NCBI GenBank assembly: GCA_028534125.1
Contig: CM052818.1
Coordinates: 35,652,001-35,716,000, forward strand
DNA: 64,000 bases
Reading direction: 5' to 3'
Origin: Lama glama
Lineage: Eukaryota
Shown here: one piece after another, positions 1-11,500 of the stretch
How the letters are laid out: each line of letters starts with the position of its first letter
Numbering within the stretch: position 1 is the stretch's first letter
Made by a program: the position numbers and the translations under genes
The notes under the pieces: model-generated
The model's input: only the letters and a program-made list of their open reading frames with translations
What the model was told of the DNA's origin: nothing
The model's database searches: none

Positions 1-759
1 AGTACTAAAGAGAGAGAAGGCATCTTCGTGGCGCAAAAAGGAAGTGAAAGAAAACAAAAGAAGCTGTCTCGGATCTGACTAGCAGGGAGAAAATAGAAAA
101 ACCCCAAGTCAATGGTTGTCAAGTGTTTTTTATCAACAGAACCCTGTATTTCTAGTGAACTCCAACATGGAGCCCTTATATAAGAGTAATGTTTTATTGG
201 GATAAATGTATAAGTTCAAGCTTTTAACATCACTCCACATAAAAGCAGCTTGCAAAGCAGTTCTGCCTCCTAAGGGAGATGACAGCATTTAGATCAGAAG
301 ATGATAAATCCCCACACTGTTCCCTCCTGCACACAGATGCTGGTGGTGAGAGCGCCTTACCCAAAAAAGTGATCACGTTCAAGGTAAGTTAAGAGCTTCT
401 GCCAGGCCCTCTGTGCTGCTGGCAGTGCTGGACAGGGACTCTGTTTACTGAAGCATCCTGGTGAAATTTTAGTATACGTATAAGGGGAAGTACCATGGCT
501 TTGTGTGGTGAGGCACAGAGCCAAGCTGCTCTTCATAAGAAATGAACAAGATTCCTAGGAGTTGGAGCTGCCTAAAAGAAGAGTAAGAAAGACTTGATGA
601 GATGGGGCAGGAGGCTGGGATCCAAAGAAGGATAATTAGAAAGATATTAGATACTGACTGTTATTAAATATCAGGTAATATTAGAAAGGTAGCCAAAGAG
701 AATTTCCCAGTGACAGAAACAATCAAAAGGACTTTTAAGAACATGGATGTCTTTTAACG

Positions 760-875
760 TTATCCCCATTTTACAGATGATAAAACTGAGGCCCAGAGAG
801 GTTAACTGACTTGCTCAAGGCCAAATAAGAAGCTATTCAAACCCAAGCTTGTCCAACTTTAGAACCTGGGCTGTC
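760..875. mobile_element. MIR SINE core fragment
   Basis: tatccccattttacagatgataaaactgaggcccagagaggttaactgacttgctcaaggcca matches the MIR core. Confidence 0.85.
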
Positions 876-973
876 AGCCTGAATGTCTAAATTTTAAAAT
901 ATTCTGCTTGACGTTCCCAAGTAATATTGTACCTGTTTTTTGTACCATGGACATAAATAGGCCTGTATTTTTT

Positions 974-1223
974 TTAGTATTATTAAATTTTTTTAGTATT
1001 TAGTATTTTTTTTATAGTCAGTTTATAATGTGTCAGATTCTGGTGTACAGCACAATACTTTAGTCAGATAGGAACATACATATATTTGTTTTCATTCTTT
1101 TTCACCATAGGTTACTACAAGATATTGAATATAGTTCCCTGTGCTATACAGTATAGGCTTGTTCATCTATCTTATGTATATTAGTATCTGCAAATCTAGA
1201 ACTCCCAAGTTATCCCTTCCCAC
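974..1223 (-). mobile_element. 5'-truncated L1 3' end (artiodactyl/camelid type) with 15-bp TSD
   Basis: Poly-T tail at left, then tagtcagtttataatgtgtcagattctggtgtacagcac...gatattgaatatagttccctgtgctatacagta. Flanked by aggcctgtatttttt at 959-973 and 1224-1238, the second followed by AA. Confidence 0.85.
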
Positions 1224-3917
1224 AGGCCTGTATTTTTTAAAGACCACAAAGGTACAATTTTCCTCATTGATGACACAGGTTCAAATCCTGTGTATGTGCT
1301 TGGGAATAAAAGAAACTTCTTTCTGAGGTGTGCTCACGCCAAGAGGGAGTTAACATGACAACTTAACAGTGAATTAAAATATGGAATATAATACTTTCAG
1401 GTATATTTATTGACAGGTTTTTTAAAGTGTGATTTTGAACTCTTGCAGAACCTCTGATGCCTCTAGAACAACTTGAGAGTCATGTCTCAAGGGACATCCA
1501 CCCTTGGGATCTAAGAAATAACTGATGGGCGGGGATGGACAGATCTCTTTACAGCACGTGTCAGCCTGAGGGTTTTGTTTCTGGGTGATTTTCACATCCC
1601 TAACTTACTCTTTTGTCATAGTTAGAACCAAAGACGCTATTAAAGGGCCGTTTCCCTCCCTCCTTCCCTCCACCCCAGAGCTTCATGTGGCATTTTGTGT
1701 TAGAACTGCAGCTCTGCAGGAGGAAAAGTTGCTTCATATCCACCAAACTGTGCAGAGTGATGGTCTGGGAAGTGGGTTTTAGGGGATAGGATTAGAATGG
1801 TTTGACTGCTGCCCTAATGTTTGTCGTATTATTTGAGTTTCCCCAATGAATGCCAACTACTTTAATCATCTAAAATGTTATATGAAACCGAAAACTAAAT
1901 ATAGCACCAGATTAGAAAGAGAGAGAGAGAGGGAGACTCACTCTGAAGCTCTTTGTAGGGACCTCTCAGTATAGGCGCACTGGGCTATAATTAAATCTTA
2001 CTTCTTTACATTAGTAGAAACTTTAGACTAAAAGGGAAAAGAGCTTTTAGTCACTTAAAAGTTTTTTTAAAAGCTATCATAGCAACCTGTGCTCTCTGGC
2101 TGGAATTTCAAACTCACTTAGTGTGGTTACAAATCCACAGACTCACTCTCTCCCACGACACAGAAGCAGTGGGGCTGAAATGTGAAGTCCTGGGACAGAG
2201 GCTTATCTCTCTGTTAATAGAGCAACCTTGGGCAAGGGGGTCCCCTTCCAAGGTTCTCTTTCATCCATTATTAGATGAGGCTGCTGGTTAGATCACATCT
2301 ATGGTCCTCCCTAAAGGACCTTTCCTTATTTTATGAAATTTGACAAAGGCAATAAATACTGGACCCCCAGACCTCTTGCCTATAATTCTAGTGCAACATT
2401 CCCACCCCATCCCTCGGGAAAAAAAAAGAAGAGAATGGAAAAGAAAATCAATTTAGAAAAAAATTAGTGAATTAGGCTTTTCCTAAAGTTAGAAATAAAA
2501 GACATTGTTGAACCTTTTCATTTCTTTTAATAAAGAAAACCTTAAATTCCTGCTACATGAAATTGTGATTATTGGCATCATCTCATTTTACAAAGGCAAA
2601 TGATGTCACAGGTCTGAAATTTTTAGTGATAAGTCCTCAAGTCCTCAAATGTTCAAAGATATTCTTTATTCCTGTAAAATGGAGGTTATCTTGGCTCCCA
2701 AACACGCATTTTCCACCAAGGACAGGAAAACTTAAAATTTGCCTCTTAAGATAAGTTAGTCACTTCTGGTTTAAAACACGATCAATTCAAGATTAAAACT
2801 CAGTAAATGCAAGATTCCCCAGCTCCCCCGCCACCTCCATGCCAATGCTTCCACTACCCAGGGGAGATGTAGAGTTGGGGAGGGGTGTCGTACCTCTCGT
2901 CTTTTTGGCGCACTTGCCATCTCCCATCCCAGTGGTCTCACTGCCCTCTAGCTGGCCCCATCTGATCTGCCACCTGCTGTGGTTACCTGGTGCCATGGCA
3001 GGTGCAAGTTCATGCCAGGCTTCCCAAGTAAGTCACAGCCTCTCAGGCTACATCCTGGAAGCCACCTTGAACTTCTCTATCAGGCTCTAGGAGTTCCTGG
3101 TGTGCTGGGAAACTGGCTCTTTGAGGGTGGGGGCGGGGAAGGCCTGATTTGTGGCTTTTGCCCAATTTTTACGGTCTAAATACTCTTCATGATTGATTCC
3201 AAGTTGGAAAGAGATGTACCAATAAGCTTTCATGAGCCATGATACAGAAAACTCCAGCTTGGCACTGGTTTACCCCAGGAAAGTGGGCGGAGTGGGCAGG
3301 GCTTTTATGCATCCTCCAATATCTAAGCTTTCCTCACACCCCTCAAGAGCCTCTCCCTTTATCTCATCTCCTCAAACAGATTGCCAGCCCTTTGGGGCAG
3401 GGCTTACATCTCAGTGTCATCTCTCACAGTGACTTGCAGGAGGCACTCATTAATTAATTTCTGTTGACTGATTACAGTCTTTAACAACATTGCCACTAAA
3501 GACTTTCAAAACTTTCACTCCATTTTCACTATTCGAGGCATAAAGGTGACTCACTTCATGTGATTCTCCCTACAGACCAGATAAAATTAATCCAATGCCC
3601 CAAAGTTCTTCACTCCTGCACCAGAGCACATACCCACCATATTGCCAGGTAACTGAATACAGCAAGGCTTGGGGTTCTGTAAAATGTTTTTAGTGGGATG
3701 AGTTTGATTGAAATCAGACTAATTTATGTCATATGTAAATTATTAGGTAGGAAGACCTGACTTAACTGACTAGCAGCCTCCAGTCATCATCATCCATGAT
3801 TAAGTCTTGGATAATCTTTTAAATCTGAAGCATATGATTCATTGCAGCAAAGATGGATTGAACACTTGCTATTTGCAAAGAATAGTGGGTACTTCAGGAA
3901 CTGAGGAAATGTGTAGG

Positions 3918-4085
3918 ACGATGATTCTCAAAGTGGGAGCTGGGACCAGCAGCCTGAGTGTCACCTGGGAGCTTGTTAGAAATGCCAGTATTTCTTGAGC
4001 CCCATCCCAGATCTATGTACCAGACTTGGGGGGGGCACAGCCCACGAAAGGGCTCTGATGCCCTATACAGTTTGAGAACCACTGA
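3918..4085. mobile_element. MER5A-like hAT-Charlie DNA transposon
   Basis: attctcaaagtg...ccagcagc...tcacctgggagcttgttagaaatgc...agtttgagaaccactg termini and body. Confidence 0.75.
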
Positions 4086-5049
4086 CATAGAAGAGACTGC
4101 TCTAAAAGAACATACAATTTCTTGTCCCCTGACATCCGTCCATTAAATCTTTCCTGCTTAAGGTGACCAGAGTGGTAGGAAAGAATACGTGTCTTATAGT
4201 GAGAAGGTGGTCCTGGGTTCAGAATCTAGAGCTGTTACTCAAAGCTCAGTGACCCTGGGTCACTTCTGACTTCGCCTGGCTTCTGTTGCCTTGTCAATGA
4301 ACCTCTTAAAGGTCCCTCTGCTCCACGAGCTCCTCCCATCTCTGACATTTCTGCAAGTCTAGGCTTCTCTCATTTCACTCCTCTCTTCCTCTAGCCCTCG
4401 GCTATGCCTCTACTGCCGGGGCAGCCTCGTACCTCCCGGACGACAGGGAGGGACTCTATTTAAATAACTGGTTTTCCGCTGGGTGTGCAGCTCACAAAGG
4501 CTCAGCGGCACTGGGCTGCCTCCATGCCTCCCGCCATGTTCATGGGTCCACCTCACCCTGAAACTCTGTCTCCGTCAACGCGTTTCTGGGGCAGCTTTGA
4601 CTCTGCCTCGGAAGCTCTTACTGAGTCTGGCATCATGTGGGGCCCTGCCCAGTGCACCTGTACCATCGAAAAGAGGAAAACTTTGGAGAGTAACACCCCC
4701 TCCACCCAAATACTGACTTTTCAAACATTATGCGGCCTATAGGATAAAATCCAAGTTCCTACCATTTATTGAGCACCTACTATAAGTCACTATATTTCCC
4801 AACCGATTATGGAAAAAGTCATGGGACACAACTGAACTGATGAAAAGGGGCCTAATGGGACAGTAAGAAAAAAAGAAAAGCGTGGGTGCCCTTAGTGCCC
4901 AAATACGTTGTTCATTAACCGATTAATCTTGGTATAATTTCTTGGTGAAATTTATCTAAGTATTTCCCAGGTTTGTAGAAATTCCTCAGAAAAGTGACAA
5001 GAGCGTTGGCCTTCAAGGGGTACCAGAGTCAGTCTTGCTGATGACCTAG

Positions 5050-5585
5050 CCAGTAGAATTCCCCCTTCTTCCTTGTTGGCAGAGTCCTAATGTTGTCCAG
5101 GTGTCTCTCCCTCCACTGTGGCTCCAGGTAGATCAGGAGTGATTGAAGCCACTCTCGTGGTGCCAGCTCTATTGCCAGGGACTGGTTTGGGAGTGGGCAT
5201 GTGACCTGCTGTAGCCAAAAAGACATAATGGACATTCTTCGAGGGAATTTCCAGGAAAGAATTTTGTACTCCCGAAAAGAGACATATGGGAGGACACTGT
5301 TTCTTTTCTTCTGTGGAATGACATTATATCTGCATGTGATGCTGGACTGTGGCACTATCTTGCCAGTGTTGGGAGAGTTAGCCTGTGATGGCAGAACTCA
5401 TACCCTAAGGGTGGCAGGGCAGAAGACGGAAGGAGCAGGGGCCTTAGAGATGGTTTTGAGCCACTGAAGAACTTTAGACCTGTTCTACCCAAAGACTTGC
5501 TATAGAGCTGATACATTTTCTCTACTGTTTAAGCCATTCTGAGCTGAGTTTGGGGTTACTTAAGACAGAAATCATCCCAACAATT
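5050..5585 (+). mobile_element. Old MLT1-type (ERVL-MaLR) solo LTR
   Basis: Motifs gggcatgtgacct, catgtgatgctggactgtggcactatcttg and tgtttaagccattctgagctgagtttggggttactt. Confidence 0.6.
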
Positions 5586-7805
5586 AAAATGCAACCCAAC
5601 TGCTGAAAACATCTCTGGCCCCACCCCAGGAGAGCGGCCTGAGAACTCCACCATTTACAACTTACTAAAGAAAGTTCTGTGTGTTGTATTACAAGTTTTA
5701 CCCTTGAGAGGAATTAATCGCCGCGCTTTTAACACCTTAGAATTTATTCATTTATTCCTAAGCATTCCTTCATCCATCAAGCACTTATTAAGTGCCTTTT
5801 CTACGCCAGTCACTCTGCTAGACTCTGGGATGAAAAAAAAAAGATGAACAATGAGTATCAATTTATAACTAACATTTAAGTCCTCCTTTATATTATTCTC
5901 TCTAAAGCTATTTCAATTTTTTTTTTTTGGTTTAAAGGCATATTTGAACTTAGACTTGATGTAAAAATCCCTACTTACAGCTACATTAATGCAAAATTGT
6001 GAACAAGATGAAAAGACTCCAGCTACATCCAAGTAAATGGACATGACTTGAGGGAGGTTTTTTATCAAGAGAAGCAAGGAAATATAGACCCCTAAAAGCC
6101 TGCCCTGTGAAACTTACAAAGAGGAGGGGTACGCGGGCAAGGGAGACGGGAGTGCCCTGCCCTAAGATGTGAGCAAGTCTCTGTCAGCAGGAGGAGGAGA
6201 GAGCAGAGGGCTCCAAGCCAGCAGTGAGACTGACTAAACGCTGGCAGCTGCTAAAAATAGCAGAGCGGGGTTATAAGCCGTCCTGTCCAGACAGATCTGA
6301 AGCTGGCAGGTAGTGTGGGGCAATCCATGAATGGAAGGGTTAGAGCCATCTCAACCACAGAGCCTTCACTGGGGGCTCCGGGTCCTCACTCAGCTATGAG
6401 CAGAGCCATCACTCGCTTCCCACCTGGCAGGGCTGACTGCGTGTTAAGTCAAAGGCAGCAAGGAGGGGAGGATGGGTGAGGCACAGAATTTCTCGAACCC
6501 ACCCTGAACCTGTTTCCTTGAAATGAGTTTTAATAGCGTGAAAAAAGAAAATTTTGAAATAAAAGAAAAGCTGTCATTTTTTTTCCCAAAGGACCAAGTT
6601 CTTGGTCTGGTTTTGAAAAAGCTTACACATATTCCAATGAATAGAACACTTTGAGAAAGGTACCTGGCTGTGCCTGGCATCCCCCACGTGGCACAGCAAG
6701 ATTGGAAAAAGGATGGTGTGGCGAGTAGCTGATTTATTTCTGCCACAACTCGAGCAGTAAACAGCGTCTTTTTTTAAGAATCCAAGAGGGAAAACAATGC
6801 CAGCGTGAGTTATTTAATAGTTATAAAAATCTCTATCTGCAGAAACACATGGATATGCTTAACCACAAACCTGCACGTTCTAATCTGAGTGTAAGTCAGC
6901 ACGGCACCTCATGCGTGGGCCTGAGAGCTCTTTGGAGTGAACCCTGGAGAGCATTACTTAAATCGGGACTAGTGTCTTCTCGTGGTTATTATTTTATGCC
7001 CTCTGCCAGTTTTCCCTTGACGGTCTTGTCCTTTCCTGAACCACCCTTTTATCGCAAATCAGTCCTCTGAAAGAACGTAGGTGGTCAGGTCACGTCATTT
7101 GCTCCAGTGAATTGCCAACAGCTGTGAAGTCTAAAGCCCAGACGTAGCTGTTTTAGCTCGGCATTCAAGGCCTTCTGTGATCTGGCCCCTTCCTACCATT
7201 CCTGCCTCGCTGTGACTTCCCTTCTGACACCCTTCAGGCTCTCCATCTTCCTCCACTGTTCCCATGCACTGTCTCCATGCCTTTGCTTGCACTGTTGCCT
7301 CTACCCTAGGTCCTTTCCTCATCCTGGGCAAAGACTCTCTCCCCTTTTCCTTCTCAGTTGTCCCTTACCTTGGAGTGAACATTATGAATACTATTTGCAA
7401 ACTTCTGCAGGAAGCATGACTTGAAAGGAAGGAGGGAAATAAGGTGGCTGCCAGAGGGATGACGGGCTTAGAAGGGTTGTTCTTTATTTCTGATTTATGG
7501 TGGGAGGAATTTCATCTGTTGAGAGGAAAGTACCAGGAGAGAAGGGGAAGGACCACCAGGGAGGCAGGGAGTGGACTCCAGAGCTGGGGAGGGGTCCCCG
7601 TGTTCAGGAGGCAGGGATCTCTCTCCACAGTCTCCGCTGTGCTTTTTGAATCATATATGCTCTGATACGAGATGGTGGCCGGGGGCAGGAGGGTGTTTGG
7701 AAGGCCACCGAGCTACAGAGTACCTTCTCCTCTTACCTACTTTGTAAAATCTGAAATGCCACCATTTTGATTTATTCCTTTGACCCATGGCACTGACCAT
7801 CAAAA

Positions 7806-7879
7806 GTGTGTGTCTGTGTGTGTGTGTGTGTGCATTTGTGCATGTTTGTATGTGTGTGTTTGCACGCATGTGCATGTGT
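7806..7879. repeat. Imperfect (TG)n microsatellite
   Basis: gtgtgtgtctgtgtgtgtgtgtgtgtgcatttgtgcatg... Confidence 0.9.
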
Positions 7880-8754
7880 AGAGAGGCTGGAGAGGATGCC
7901 TCTGGATTTGAACAGACACGCCCTCAGGCAAAGGCCCAGCCTCCCTCCATCCTGCCCACTCCTCCTGCTTTGCTTTCCCCTGATTCACCCACTGTGGTCC
8001 AGTGCTAACTTGACCCCCATCCAAGCAGAGGGGCAAGCAATGGAGTGTCACTCGTCCAGTGATTTCTGATGAGGCTGGGCAGGTCAGATTGCACAGCGCT
8101 CTGGGATCAGGCGTGTGGGTGTAGACTTGAGCAGTGCCCTGTATCGGCTATGGAAACTTGGGCAAGTTATGAACCTCGTCTGTTTTCTCATCCGTAAAAT
8201 GGACGTAATAATCATATTTATGTCATAGGCCTGTGAAGATTAAAGGAGATAAGTTGGTTGTGACCCAACCAAGGAAAATCCTGGATGCTAAGGATTTTAG
8301 AATTGAATCTGAAGGCAGTAGGAAAACCATAGACATTTTTAAGGAAGTGAAATAGTCTGAACTGTGCTTCTGGGAGACATTCCAAAGGCAACAAAAAGAG
8401 GGTTTGGAGAAGAGTCTTGGAATGAATCCCGTGAACCTCAGGCATCCATTCTCCTGCCGGGTCCACGTCGTCCTCTTGTTCCCAACCAGCCTTTGTGGAA
8501 CAGTGGGTCTGTCCTGCTAATGCTGATCAGGTAACGTGGGAGGGAGGAGGGGGGAGCCACAGGAGGGATGTTCCGTTATAGCTTTCTCTTGCAGTAGAAG
8601 ATTTCAAGGGCCTCTTTTCTGTCAAAAAAAAAAGCGCACCTTTTTCACTGACTTTTAAAATGCTTTCCAATCTCGATCTAACCTGCTAGCGCCATTTAGT
8701 GCAGCATCGAGGTTAGAAACACTGCCTGGAGAGCGCAGCAGGAGCCTCCAGGGA

Positions 8755-9225
8755 CAGGCAGAACACTGTCCCCCCAGCCTGCCATCATCCTCATCTCCAG
8801 AAGCTGTGACTGTGATGCCTTACATGGAAAAGGGATTTGGCAAATGTGATTAAGGGCCTTGAGATGGGGAGATTATCCAGGTAGGTCCAATCTAATCACA
8901 CGGATCCCTAAAATTGGAAAACCTTTCCTGGCCCTGGGGTGAGAGGGAGGTATGACTATGAAAGAACGGTGAGAGATGCAATATTGCTGGCGTTGAAGAT
9001 GGAAGAAGGCAGCCAGGAGCTAAGGAATGTGGGTGGCCTCTAGAAGCTGGCAAAGGTAAGGATATAGATTCTCCCCTAGAATCTCCAGGAAAAAATGCAG
9101 GTCTGCTAACTCTGTAGTTTTTAGCCCAGTGAAGCCCATTTTGGACTTCTGACTTCCAGAACTGTGAGCTAACAAATATGTACTGGTTAGACATGAAATT
9201 TGTAGCAGCTATAGAAAGGATTACA
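8755..9225 (+). mobile_element. MLT1C/D-like ERVL-MaLR solo LTR
   Basis: ttacatggaaaagggatttggcaaatgtgattaag...gagatggggagattatcc...tgaagatggaagaagg...gcctctagaagctggcaaagg...ttggacttctgacttccagaactgtgag. Confidence 0.8.
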
Positions 9226-9789
9226 CTTACTAGGGGCCTTCTTGGTGCTATGCACGGGGACATCAGCAGTTTAAAAAACAAAACAAAACGAGATCCTTGC
9301 ACCAGTGGAATTCACGGTCTATGGGAGAGGAACAAGACTTAGGAACAAATGATTACACACCATCATTTCAGGCAGAAAGCGCTACGAAGAGATATAAAGC
9401 AGAGTGAGGGGATGGACAATAACACGTTGTCCACCTGTGAGGGACTGTCCAGAGTGCGAGACAGATGAACAGACTGTCCCCATAGCAGGGTTCCCAGGGG
9501 CCACCCCTGCCTGGAGATCAGAGAAGATCTCACAGGGCAGGTGACAGGGGAAGAGGGTCTTGAAGAATGAGTAATAGTTTGTCAGGTGCACAAGGGAAAA
9601 GAAGAGCTCGGCAGAGGGAACAGCATATGCAAAGTGATGAGGTCGTGCTCAGAGCGCGGCATGGCTGGGGGTCAGGGAGCAGGGGCAGCAGCAGGCCCAC
9701 TGATGGTGTTGACCTTGGCCATCTCCAGCTTCCCGCAGACGTAGAGAGAACCAACCCTTCAGGAGCCTGGGTTGTGAACGACCAAGATG

Positions 9790-9963
9790 GCTTGTCATTA
9801 GATTTAGGTCCACTTGGGTAATCCAGGATGAGCTCATCTCAAGATCCATAACTTAATTACATCTGCAAAGATGCTTTTTCCAAATAAGGTCACATTCATG
9901 GGCTCCAGGGATTTGGATGTTTTCTTGGTGGGGGTAGGGGTGGGGAGGCATTCAACCACTACA
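9790..9963 (-). mobile_element. MLT1 (MaLR) LTR 5' fragment
   Basis: gtcattagatttagg...aatccaggatgagctcatctcaagatcc...ttaattacatctgcaaaga...tttccaaataaggtcacattca. Confidence 0.75.
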
Positions 9964-10779
9964 GATCTCCAAGCAAAAATGACTAATGTTCCTTGAGGAA
10001 AACTTCAAAGGAAAGCGACATCTGAGCACTTTACAAGTATTATCTTATTTGATCCCCTAGCATGTGGGGAGGTGGGTGGCCCTCTTATCCTGGGGCAGGG
10101 ACAGCTAGTGACCAGATTTTTAAAGAAGATGGGGACAAGATCAGATCTGGATTTGGAATGATCACCCTGGTTGGGGTGTAGAGAATGGGTTGGGGGAGGT
10201 GAGAGGAAGAGCAGGGCCAGGGATGATTCCTGAGTCCCGAGAAGGGGTGCAAGGCAGGGGAGTAGCTGCTGAGAAGGTTTAGTGTTTTTCATCTGCACTG
10301 AGGGCACTGAGCCAGCCCTTCTCTAAGCCCCAGCCTGACCCCCAGGACTCCAGGCACTGGGACTGGAGGGAGAGGAGGCACCGTGGAAATGGACCATTTC
10401 TAGCTACCTCTTGTTGTTCAAAATCTTTTTCTTCTCCTTCTAATCCCCAGCAGGCTGGGAGAGGCTCATTAACACGTATTTCTCTGCTGCCTCTTCCCGG
10501 AGGGGCCCAGGCTTGAGCGCTTTTGGAAACGTGACATTTCCGTAGAGGCCTCGGGATTACTCAGCACTCGCACGTTGCCTCACACTCCATGGGCATGTGT
10601 CTTACTCGCCCCCAATTTAACCTGTCTGGGCCTCAACTTCCCCATCCGGGCTGGAGAAGAAGGATGTTTTGAGTCTCTTTGGGCTCTGACATCCAGGCAG
10701 CCACAGTTCTGCTGTCCCCACGGTTATACATTAGGCCGCGAGTCTGGGATCACAGCGCACTGACCTGAGCCAGCTTCCC

Positions 10780-10960
10780 GAGGATCCTGCTGGAGGAGAC
10801 CTGGATTCCAGCCCTCCCTCCCCACTTCCTAGCTGTGTGCTCAGGAGCAAGTCACCTCTTGTCTCTGAGCCCCAGCTCCCTCACCTGTAAAATGGGGACC
10901 CCATAAAGCTTCTACCTTCAGGTAGAAGCCCTGAAGGTAGAAGCCCACAGGAGACAGGAG
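10780..10960. mobile_element. MIR fragment carrying a local inverted/direct repeat
   Basis: cacttcctagctgtgtg...gcaagtcacct...tctctgagccccagctccctcacctgtaaaatgggga. Confidence 0.7.
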
Positions 10961-11369
10961 CTGCTGCCGCAGCTGTCACTGCCCATCAAGAAGCACAGGA
11001 CCCATGCAGACAGGGGCTGAATGGTTAGCATTAAATTGATGTTGTTTCACTGGCAGGTTATGGAGTCACTGCTCTGTTTCAAATGCTGGGTGGGAGGGAC
11101 CAGGAGAGTTGGTCCAGCTCCTGAGGAGATGCTCACACTCAGGATGGGGCAGAACCACAAACACCCCCAGCCCAGGGAAGCCAGCGTGGGGATGTGGTCC
11201 TCAGTGTGCTCTCCCAGCTCCACTTCCCTCTCCCTGACCAGGGGTCTCAGACAGGCCCATGAGCAGGGCATCATGGCTGTCAGACACGGGAGAAGAAGAT
11301 GAGGCTGGAACCGACCTGCTAGGACAGGGTGGCACGGCTGTGCGGGAAGCGGGTGCACGTGCTCATGCT

Positions 11370-11500
11370 CACCCATCACACTCATCCATCATCTCACACA
11401 TGCTCACTCACACTCATCTCACACGTGTAACTCCCACACTCCCTGTCACCCTTTAGCACAAAACGCTCTCACACACACACTCACACACTTGTACACACCC
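11370..11500. repeat. CA-rich low-complexity tract
   Basis: Degenerate cacactca/cacacac repeats. Confidence 0.65.

Larger units (their letters stand above)
1..2560 (+). other. Possible distal 3' UTR / polyadenylation region of the upstream gene (DNAJC27 by synteny)
   Basis: AT-rich, comparatively repeat-poor stretch with several AATAAA hexamers (~2351, ~2494, ~2529). In human, DNAJC27 lies upstream of ADCY3 on the same strand. No DNAJC27 coding sequence is visible here. Confidence 0.25.
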
